Shown: piece by piece, positions 41,970 through 49,938 of the stretch | How positions within the stretch are numbered: the first letter of the stretch is position 1 | Layout: every line of letters starts with the position of its first letter | NCBI GenBank assembly: GCA_963708295.1 | Contig: CAVPSJ010000013.1 | Location: forward strand, 96,001-160,000 | DNA from: an uncultured delta proteobacterium | GTDB taxonomy: Bacteria > Desulfobacterota > BSN033 > UBA1163 | Direction: 5' to 3' | DNA: 64,000 nt | The notes under the pieces: generated by a model | What the model was told of the DNA's origin: nothing | The model's input: only the letters and a program-made list of their open reading frames with translations | Database searches by the model: none | Program-made: the position numbers and the translations under genes

Positions 41970-42098
41970 GTTGCCCGCGGCAGAGAAGGAACGATCGCCA
42001 GTGGCAGTTTGTGTGTGCAGTCTCGAGGATATTGATCCTTGTTCCTCGATTGTTGAAGTCAAGATTTTCCGCCTGGCAATTCGAACCTTAGAATCATT

Positions 42099-43037
42099 CT
42101 ATCGTGTCGGCTGAATGAATTTTGGCAGCCAGGTTACCAGAGTCTCGGCGTACTTGTCGGCCACTGCCCCTTTAATGAGATAATGCCCAGCGCCCTCTAC
42201 CCAAACGATTTCGCGATGCGGAGATGCAGTCAGGCTGTCGTAAATGGCCTGCCCGTTCGGAGGCACTGCTATTTCGTCCTTCAAGCCATGGATAATAAGC
42301 GCCGGAATGGTAATTTGGGGCCCGAACTTCACTGTGCTCGCGTTTGACTCGGCGAGTGCGCCAAAGATATTTACGAAGGTCTGCGCCGAAAGAGTGACTG
42401 TGAGGTTCGGGAACCATCCCGTATAAGACAAGACTTCATTCCCCTTTCCCTGGGCCACTCGATCACGAGCCCCCTGCAGGAAAGCATCGTACCTGGCCCG
42501 TTCGCTTTCGTTCCAGCGAAGCTGTGCTTCAAGGTACGGAGACTTGATGCATCCCATGAAGACAAGGGCACGGACAGAAGGATCTTTTGTCTGGGCCCAA
42601 TAATACATGATGCGTGGGCCCCCGAGACTAACGCCCCAAAGGACGACTTCCGTGAACCCACGGGATTTCGCAAAGCGAATGGCGGCATCAATGTCCTTCA
42701 CGTAGTCCTCGAAGCGTGCGAAAAGCATCCCATGCAGGCCTGCTGTTCGCATGTTCACCGCCAATAAAGCATAGCCCTTGCTGGTGAGGCCTTCCGCAGC
42801 CGGGTTTATTTCGTGGACACCGATGAAGCCTCCGGTCATGCCCGGAATATAGATCACCACTGTCTTGGTCCCACCCGGCGGTAGCCATAGGAGTGCATTG
42901 AGGAGAACCTTGTCCTCGGTCGTGTAGCTCACGAATTCTGCAAGTGGGGCAGCTTGCGCGACCTGCATGAATAACATACATACGACCAATACCCCCATCA
43001 AATAGCCCAAACGGTGTAGACGATACTTTCTATCCAT
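42099..43037 (-). CDS. Secreted alpha/beta-fold hydrolase
   Basis: Signal peptide (AQA|A), nucleophile elbow GVSLG, HGLKD and GAGH motifs. Confidence 0.85.
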   Translation of the reverse strand: MDRKYRLHRLGYLMGVLVVCMLFMQVAQAAPLAEFVSYTTEDKVLLNALLWLPPGGTKTVVIYIPGMTGGFIGVHEINPAAEGLTSKGYALLAVNMRTAGLHGMLFARFEDYVKDIDAAIRFAKSRGFTEVVLWGVSLGGPRIMYYWAQTKDPSVRALVFMGCIKSPYLEAQLRWNESERARYDAFLQGARDRVAQGKGNEVLSYTGWFPNLTVTLSAQTFVNIFGALAESNASTVKFGPQITIPALIIHGLKDEIAVPPNGQAIYDSLTASPHREIVWVEGAGHYLIKGAVADKYAETLVTWLPKFIQPTR

Positions 43038-43435
43038 GGTTTTTTCCCTCCTTTCGGTTTAGAGGCGAACTGTCCCAATCCCGAGACAGGTCACCTGATA
43101 AAAGAAACTCTTTTACCCTGGTTCCCCTTGAGGTGACCTGGTGAACCGTTCCCCGGACACATACAGAACTGCCAGGCCTTATGTCCCAGCTACGATATTT
43201 CCCTAGATCTAAGACCACGGAAGGCTCTTTTCTTGTCAAAAAGGGGCGAATCGCACAGCACCTTTTCCGAAAAGAAGTTTTAAACAACATCCTAAATCAA
43301 CTACTATCCTGAAATGAATTATTCAGAAGAGGTGAGAGTATACCCCATGATCAATTTGCGATTCCAATATACACTATTTTTAAGAGTCAGGGAAGAGAAA
43401 GCTTTGGGAAAGGAGTAGCCCCTCACCATTCTCAT

Positions 43436-44359
43436 TTACTCTTTTTGACGCATCTCTATCGGGGTACAAGGGGAAGTTTTTTCTTTGGCCACCTGGAGAA
43501 GCACAATCGCGGCAATGACCCCGATGCCGCCCAGCACCTGGAGTGGGGACAATACTTCTCCCAAAACAAAATAGGCGGTGATGCCCGCCACCACGGGTTC
43601 CCAGGTGGCTGTGATGCTTGCCCGGGTTGCACGAACCCGCTCGATCCCCTTGAAGTAGAGGCCGAAGGGAATCAAGGTCGAAAAGATAGCAATATAAAGA
43701 AAAGCCATCCAGATTTTGAACGGATAATCTTCCCTGATCACCTTGACCGGTGAGATAAGAATCCAGTAAAAGATCGCGCCGAACCCAAAACCATAAAGAA
43801 TGAGGGTCCAGGAGTCGTACTTTTTGAGTCCCTTCTCTCCATAAAGGGCATAAAAGGAGAAAAAGAGCGAAGAAATCAGGCCGCTCACAATCCCGATCCG
43901 GTTTAATCTCAACAGGTCCAATCGATATCCGCCCACGGTAAGATAGCATCCCAGGAGGGCCAAAAGCAGGGCTGCAATTTTTCTCCTTGAGAGGGGTTCT
44001 TTCTGGAAAAGAAAAGCATAGAGTGCAATCCAGACAGGGGAGAGATACTGAATCAAAACAGCGGGGCCGACGTGGATCTTACTGATCGTGTAGTAATAAG
44101 TAAACTGGACGCCGGCGACGCCCACAAAGCCTAGCACAAAAAAATAGGGGAGGTCATGGTATGAAATAATAATCCTCTTTCGGTCGAAAATGAGGAGGAT
44201 CAATAGAAGCGTAACCGTGGCGAGGGTCAGCCGGATTTGAACCAATTCGGCGGGAGGGAGTCCGATGATGAAAAGGGATTTAGCCACCACGCTCGAGACA
44301 CCCCAGAGTGTCGTTCCGATCAAAATATAGATATACCCGGTTCCCTCAGTTTTCTTCAT
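43436..44359 (-). CDS. DMT/EamA-family transporter
   Basis: About 10 TM segments in two EamA repeats; ATRASITATWEPV...LGE motif. Confidence 0.9.
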   Translation of the reverse strand: MKKTEGTGYIYILIGTTLWGVSSVVAKSLFIIGLPPAELVQIRLTLATVTLLLILLIFDRKRIIISYHDLPYFFVLGFVGVAGVQFTYYYTISKIHVGPAVLIQYLSPVWIALYAFLFQKEPLSRRKIAALLLALLGCYLTVGGYRLDLLRLNRIGIVSGLISSLFFSFYALYGEKGLKKYDSWTLILYGFGFGAIFYWILISPVKVIREDYPFKIWMAFLYIAIFSTLIPFGLYFKGIERVRATRASITATWEPVVAGITAYFVLGEVLSPLQVLGGIGVIAAIVLLQVAKEKTSPCTPIEMRQKE

Positions 44360-44563
44360 GGATGGGCATCCTTGCACAGGTCCCAGGTGTCAACCAACCC
44401 TTCGACGTTCCGCGATCTCATGCCCCCGTGGTTTGCCCCTCGGCCTGAGCGGGTCGAAGGTTCAGCCTGTTTGCCGGTAGGCAGGGGTTGATACCGAGAG
44501 ACGCTTCTTCGGCCGTCCCCAAGAATGGGGGTGGCGCCGTCAAATATCAAGTCGAACGGGTGT

Positions 44564-45748
44564 CTATCTCGGCAGAGAAATAAAACTCGTATGTCGTGAA
44601 AGCTTTCCATCTTTGACGATAAAGATCCTGGATTCCATGCTGGGGCGATGATCTTTTGGAGTAATGGTAAGGGGGGGGGTGAGGCCTCCTGTGACGAAAC
44701 TCCTCATACCTTCTAATGCAGATTTAACGCTCGCGCGAGAAACTCCTTGCTTTGTGAAAGACTTTCTTAAAGCCTCTGAGATGACCTGGGCCGTCGCCCA
44801 ACCTTCCACATAAGAGAGGGTATGAGAATCGAAGGGGTGCCATTTCTGATGGCCTTCTTTGATCGCGGCCATGCCGGGAATGCCCTCTCCGAAAGGAGAG
44901 ATGGGCTGCACGCCGAGAACACCATCGAAAGGCAAGAGATTTTCGTCGAAGGCCCTCATGGTGCAAATCCACTGGGTCTTTTTAATATCCGCTTTCCTGA
45001 CCTCCAGCAAAAGAGAGGAGGCTTCCTTAGAGGTGAGGCTCACGTAGGCGAAGTCCGGGTTGTAGGAATTGATCGTCGCGAGGAGAGAGGGGAGGTATTT
45101 TTCCGCTTTCCCTCCGAGCTGCGACAAATCGGAGATCCAGACATCCGGTCCGATGTCGATACCCAAGGCTCTGGCATATTCCTTCGCTTCATCTAAAAAA
45201 TGACCACCCAGATGGTCAGAGGACCCGATAAAGATGACTTTAGGTTTTCTCACTTTAATTCCGGATTTATCCGATACGAAATTCATTGCGATTTTTGCCA
45301 GATCGAGTTGGGTCGGAAGGATTGAGAAAACATAGGGATATTTGGACACGTCGGCAAATTGGGAAGGGAAGGGGCTGACAAACGTAGGGATTTGGTCATA
45401 TTGGAAATGGGGAGCTAGGGCAAAAGCTGTCTCCGTGGAATAAATGAAAAGAATCGGAATACGATCTGCTTCATTCAGTTTTCGGTAGGCCGCCATAAAC
45501 TCAGCCGGTTGGGAGGTATCGTCGACGAGAAGGATCTCCAGTTTTCTTCCGGAGACTCCCTCGTGTTGATTGATCCATTTCGCTCCGTCCAACATCCCCC
45601 TGGCACATTCCCTTCCTGAATCTCCCCATCGGCCTGAGTAGGGGATTAAAGCTCCCACCTTGAAAGCAGGCTGGCTGAGGCCGATTTCAGGAAGGATGAG
45701 GATGAGGATAAGGACAAGCGCCAAGAGAAAAGAAGAAAGTGTTTTCAT
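44564..45748 (-). CDS. Branched-chain amino-acid-type ABC substrate-binding protein (LivJ-like fold)
   Basis: Signal peptide, KVGALIPYSG, IN..GGVSGRKLE..DD and TPP.T.T.KDHR motifs. Confidence 0.85.
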   Translation of the reverse strand: MKTLSSFLLALVLILILILPEIGLSQPAFKVGALIPYSGRWGDSGRECARGMLDGAKWINQHEGVSGRKLEILLVDDTSQPAEFMAAYRKLNEADRIPILFIYSTETAFALAPHFQYDQIPTFVSPFPSQFADVSKYPYVFSILPTQLDLAKIAMNFVSDKSGIKVRKPKVIFIGSSDHLGGHFLDEAKEYARALGIDIGPDVWISDLSQLGGKAEKYLPSLLATINSYNPDFAYVSLTSKEASSLLLEVRKADIKKTQWICTMRAFDENLLPFDGVLGVQPISPFGEGIPGMAAIKEGHQKWHPFDSHTLSYVEGWATAQVISEALRKSFTKQGVSRASVKSALEGMRSFVTGGLTPPLTITPKDHRPSMESRIFIVKDGKLSRHTSFISLPR

Positions 45749-45817
45749 GATTCGTTTGGAAATTGATTTTCAGTTTCTATATCTGCTGACGAGTATCCAC
45801 TCGCTACGATCCGGCTC

Positions 45818-46408
45818 TTAAGTGCTGGTCGCATAGAGCACAGCCAAAATGGTCGTCACCCGATCCTGATAACATTGGACGCGATGAGGAATGTTAGAAT
45901 CATAATATATCGAATCCCCTGGGTAAAGGACATCGGTATGGTTTCCCAGGATGACCTCCATGGCCCCTTCCAGAACGAAGATAAATTCCTCACCGTCGTG
46001 AACAGAGGTTTTGGAGGTCTTAACGGTGGCGGGTTCCAGCATCACAATGAACGGCTCCATATGGCGGTTTTTCTTCTCAAATCCCAAAGACTCGTAAGAA
46101 TAACCGTACTTGACTCCCTCTTTTGAGGCAAATCGAGAAACCGTCTTTCGTTCATCCTTCCTCACGATCGCGAAAGGTTCTCCTTCTGTTTCACCCAAAA
46201 AGTCACCCACCTTGACTCCCAATGCTTTCGCCAGCTTGATCATCGTTCCAAGGGAAGGGGAAACGAGATGGTTTTCCATCTGGGAGAGTAAGGCAGTAGA
46301 AAATCCAGTTAAGTCGGCCAAATCCTTCAGCGAAAGGCCCTTCTGCTCCCTCAACGTTTTCACCTTTTCCCCAACGTGGATTTCTTCAACACCCTTCTCT
46401 TCTTCCAT
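45818..46408 (-). CDS. XRE-family regulator with cupin domain
   Basis: LSQMEN..VSPSL HTH, MEPFIV, H.GEEFIFV and GDSIYYDS..PH motifs. Confidence 0.92.
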   Translation of the reverse strand: MEEEKGVEEIHVGEKVKTLREQKGLSLKDLADLTGFSTALLSQMENHLVSPSLGTMIKLAKALGVKVGDFLGETEGEPFAIVRKDERKTVSRFASKEGVKYGYSYESLGFEKKNRHMEPFIVMLEPATVKTSKTSVHDGEEFIFVLEGAMEVILGNHTDVLYPGDSIYYDSNIPHRVQCYQDRVTTILAVLYATST

Positions 46409-46447
46409 GTTTTTTCCCTTCCTGAACCCTGCGCGATTCAAGGCCCT

Positions 46448-47014
46448 TTAAATCGATTCAGCAAACTTGGCTCCGATTTCGATGCCCTTGGTATTGGATG
46501 GAATGAGATGATGATATCGCTCATCAAGCACCTTTTCCAAAGACTGAAACAGAGAGCTCATCTGAACCAGTTTGGTTTTTTGGTTGAAAGCGCCTAAGGC
46601 GATCATGTTCGCCAATTTGGGGTTTCCATGATCAATCGCAATCTCATTGACGGGAACGGAAAGAATTTGAATGTCCTTTCGATAGGTCTCCTTGGGCTCA
46701 ATGAGAGAGGAGTTGATGAACAAAAGGCCATTGGGCTGAATGGACGGTTCGTATTTCGTCAAAGAAGGCAGATTCATTACAATGGCGGCACGGGGTCTTC
46801 CCACGACAGGAGATCCGATCGGGCGAGAAGAGATCACGATCGTGCAATTGGCCGTTCCACCTCTCATCTCGACTCCGTAAACGGGTAGATAAGTGACATA
46901 TCTGCCTTCAGTCATCGCAGCATGGGCAAGAAGGTTTCCGATGACCAGGACCCCCTGTCCTCCAAATCCCGCAACAATAACATCGTAGTAGAAATGATTA
47001 CTTTCTGTATTCAT
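46448..47014 (-). CDS. 2-oxoacid:ferredoxin oxidoreductase gamma subunit
   Basis: AGFGGQG, YGVEMRGGTANC and NMIALGA motifs. Confidence 0.93.
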   Translation of the reverse strand: MNTESNHFYYDVIVAGFGGQGVLVIGNLLAHAAMTEGRYVTYLPVYGVEMRGGTANCTIVISSRPIGSPVVGRPRAAIVMNLPSLTKYEPSIQPNGLLFINSSLIEPKETYRKDIQILSVPVNEIAIDHGNPKLANMIALGAFNQKTKLVQMSSLFQSLEKVLDERYHHLIPSNTKGIEIGAKFAESI

Positions 47015-47337
47015 TCGTTCCTCAATATCCTCTCACCCCGCTTTCCCCCCCCCGAAAACCATGTCATCATTAACGAAAAACGACTTCCCTTGCAAGATGG
47101 GACAAACGGTCAGGGGACGAAGCTTTAGGCCTGCCTGCGCGAAGCCGCTTCGGCGAAGGCAGGGCGGAACCCTTTTATCGGCCAGCTACTGGGCTACAAG
47201 CCCTTGAAAAGATCGTATTTCCGACAAACTTGATCACCCATCACACTAAAATGACCGCATGCTTAAGATGAGGAGCCTGACTGTCTGTCCCGTCCACGCT
47301 CCGAAGAAAGAGGAACGGTGAGGGGAATCGTCACTCA

Positions 47338-48090
47338 TCACAGGGAATCCGCCATTTTCCGCTCTTTCAGGATGCCCAAGGGGAAGTAAGGAATCATTTC
47401 CTCTTCAACCCTACGATTGGCCTCCAGAGCCGTCATTCCCCAATTGGTGGGACAGGCCAGTAACATCTCGACAAAAGAAAAACCCATCTCTTCAATCTGC
47501 ATCTGAAAGGCCTTACGGATGGCTCTTTTTGCCTTCATCAAATTGGCGGGATTGTTGACAGCCACCCTGGCCACGAAGGCGCTTCCTTCCAGGGTCGCTA
47601 ACATCTCCGCCATTCGGATGGGATAGCCGTTGCAAGTAAAGTCTCTTCCGTAAGGGCTCGTGCTTGTCTTTTGTCCAAGAAGCGTTGTGGGCGCCATTTG
47701 ACCACCCGTCATTCCATAAATTCCGTTGTTGGCAAAGATGAGGGTGATGTTTTCACCGCGATTGGCCGTATGAATCCCTTCTGCAATCCCGATGGCCGCG
47801 AGGTCTCCATCCCCCTGGTAAGTGAAGACGATTCGGTCTTTTCGGGCCCGTTTCACCCCGGAGGCCACCGCCGAAGCTCTTCCATGGGGTGCCTCTAAGA
47901 CGTCGATATTGAAATAATCGTACATAAAAACAGAGCACCCCACGGAGGCCACCCCGATCGTTTTTTCCCTCAGCTTGAAATAGTCAATGGCCTCTGCCAC
48001 CAACCGGTGAGCGATACCATGGTGACATCCAGGGCAAAAATGGAACGGAATATCAATCAAACAATCTGGGCGCTTAAAAACAAGTTCCAT
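47338..48090 (-). CDS. 2-oxoacid:ferredoxin oxidoreductase beta (TPP-binding) subunit
   Basis: [39 protein letters not shown] and CPTNW motifs. Confidence 0.93.
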   Translation of the reverse strand: MELVFKRPDCLIDIPFHFCPGCHHGIAHRLVAEAIDYFKLREKTIGVASVGCSVFMYDYFNIDVLEAPHGRASAVASGVKRARKDRIVFTYQGDGDLAAIGIAEGIHTANRGENITLIFANNGIYGMTGGQMAPTTLLGQKTSTSPYGRDFTCNGYPIRMAEMLATLEGSAFVARVAVNNPANLMKAKRAIRKAFQMQIEEMGFSFVEMLLACPTNWGMTALEANRRVEEEMIPYFPLGILKERKMADSL

Positions 48091-48104
48091 TTCTTAAACC
48101 CTCC

Positions 48105-48269
48105 AAATTCTAAATCCGAATATCGAAATCCGAAACAATATCAAAATGCGAATGACCAAATGATCTAAGCTTGTTTCTTCTTCTCATTTCAATCTTGAAT
48201 TCCGGTCATTTGAAATTGTTTCGAATTGATCCCTCCGGGATGCTTCGCCCGGATTTCGTGCTTCGAAAT
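48105..48269. repeat. CGAAAT-type intergenic palindromic repeat
   Basis: aaatccgaatatcgaaatccgaaacaatatcaaa..gacc ... ggtcatttgaaattgtttcg..ggatttcgtgcttcgaaat. Confidence 0.85.
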
Positions 48270-48279
48270 GAGAGTCCGT

Positions 48280-49338
48280 TCAGTAGTATTTTTTAATCTC
48301 CTCCAATATCTCTTCAGGGGAGGGGAGAGAGCCGGGTGGCCTCCCGTAGAAACTGACGTGGGCATCCCGCTCCACCGAAAGCTTCACGTCTTCCACCATC
48401 TGTCCTGTATTCAATTCAACCGTTAAAAACCGTTTAACTCGCCGGGAAAGTTCATCAAAGGCTTTTTCTGGAAAAGGAAAGAGCGTGACGGGTCTGAGAA
48501 GTCCCACGTTCATCCCTTCCTCCCTCGCCAACTCAACAGAAGTTCTCGATACCCTGGCCATACTGCCAAATGCTGCGACAATCAGTTTTGCATCCTCAGT
48601 AAGAAAATTTTCGAAGGAGACCTCCTCTTTTTTCATCTGTTCATATTTATGATGGAGCTTCCAGTTGTGCTCAGAAAGCTCACCATCCTGGAGATAAAGG
48701 GACTTCAAGCGATTAGGTTTTCTCCCCGTTGCTCCGGTCAGGGCCCAGTCTTTTGGAGGGAGGTCCGTCCCTGCAGGTTTTCTCCTCACGAGAGGTTCTT
48801 TCATCTGTCCGATCAGGGCATCACCCAGAATCATGGCAGGATTTCGGTATTTGTCGGAAAGATCGAAGGCAAGGCAGGTCAAGTCATACATTTCCTGAAC
48901 CGAGGAAGGGGCAAGGACGATCATTCGATAATCTCCGTGTCCTCCGCCGCGGGTGGCCTGAAAATAGTCTCCTTGGGAAGGAGAGATTCCCCCCAGTCCC
49001 GGTCCACTCCTGGAAATATTGACGATAAGCCCCGGGAGCTCACTTCCCGCCATATAGGAGATTCCCTCCTGCATCAGAGAGATCCCAGGACTCGAAGATG
49101 AAGTCATGGCCCTTGCTCCGGTGGCTGATGCCCCTAAGAGGAGATTGATGGAGGCAATCTCGCTTTCCGCTTGAATGAACTCTCCACCCAAAGCAGGAAG
49201 ATGTTTGGAAAGATATTCGGGGATGTCGTTCTGAGGGGTGATGGGATATCCGAAATAGAGGAGACATCCCGAGTCAATGGCAGCCATGGCGATGGCTTCA
49301 TTTCCTTTGGCCAATATTTTTTCAGAATGTTGTTCCAT
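48280..49338 (-). CDS. vorB: 2-oxoisovalerate:ferredoxin oxidoreductase alpha subunit (VorB-type)
   Basis: KGNEAIA, FGYPITPQ, QAESEIA, TSSSSPGISL.QE and GGGHGDY motifs. Confidence 0.88.
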   Translation of the reverse strand: MEQHSEKILAKGNEAIAMAAIDSGCLLYFGYPITPQNDIPEYLSKHLPALGGEFIQAESEIASINLLLGASATGARAMTSSSSPGISLMQEGISYMAGSELPGLIVNISRSGPGLGGISPSQGDYFQATRGGGHGDYRMIVLAPSSVQEMYDLTCLAFDLSDKYRNPAMILGDALIGQMKEPLVRRKPAGTDLPPKDWALTGATGRKPNRLKSLYLQDGELSEHNWKLHHKYEQMKKEEVSFENFLTEDAKLIVAAFGSMARVSRTSVELAREEGMNVGLLRPVTLFPFPEKAFDELSRRVKRFLTVELNTGQMVEDVKLSVERDAHVSFYGRPPGSLPSPEEILEEIKKYY

Positions 49339-49443
49339 CAAGCTTCAAGCCTTTCCTTACAATTTACCGTTTCCTTTTGCGCTCTTACTTTCTCTGAGAC
49401 CTTAACTCCCTATCTCCCGGTCTCACCATCTCCCAATCTATCT

Positions 49444-49650
49444 TCATCCCTTCCATACCCGGATGGCGACATCAGGGCAGATCTCTCCACAAATAGCGCA
49501 CCCTGTACACTGTCCATCCGTGCTCCAAACGACATAAAAGTACCCCTGACGATTGATTTCCTCCCCAATCTTAATAAGGGTCTTCGGACAAGCAATCGTA
49601 CAGAGTCCACATCCTTTGCATCGCTCTCGGTCGATTTCAATCTTGGCCAT
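49444..49650 (-). CDS. 4Fe-4S dicluster delta subunit
   Basis: CKGCGLCTIACP and CTGCAICGEICP; first gene of the oxidoreductase operon. Confidence 0.92.
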   Translation of the reverse strand: MAKIEIDRERCKGCGLCTIACPKTLIKIGEEINRQGYFYVVWSTDGQCTGCAICGEICPDVAIRVWKG

Positions 49651-49865
49651 GACTCACCAGTAATAAAAATTGGAATTCAGACAAGTCCCGCTTATTTGCC
49701 CGGGTGACAATTTATAGGAAAATTAATAACATATCATGTCAAAAAATAAAAGTCTTGTACCCAAGCCCTGACGGTTGGATTCGGTCCCGACCGAGGGCTG
49801 AGCAGGCAAAGGGTTCTCGGGAAGAACGGGGAGCCCCACCACCATTCTCGACGAACAAATATAGC

Positions 49866-49918
49866 TTGACGGGAAATATTAAGAATGCTATTCAATAAAA
49901 GTTCATTTGCGAAATGAA
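49866..49918 (+). promoter_or_regulatory. Sigma70 promoter plus palindromic operator upstream of the acetoacetate-CoA ligase
   Basis: TTGACG-N17-TATTCA with an extended TG; TTCATTT-GCG-AAATGAA inverted repeat at 49902-49918. Confidence 0.6.
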
Positions 49919-49938
49919 TCCTTAAGGAGGAGTCACTT

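Noticed and set aside
47015-47337. Possible riboswitch (c-di-GMP-like) in the long gap within the vor operon
   Set aside because: The GEMM-like fragments do not form the consensus and lie on the non-coding strand; the main structure is the CCTGCC..GGCAGG repeat.
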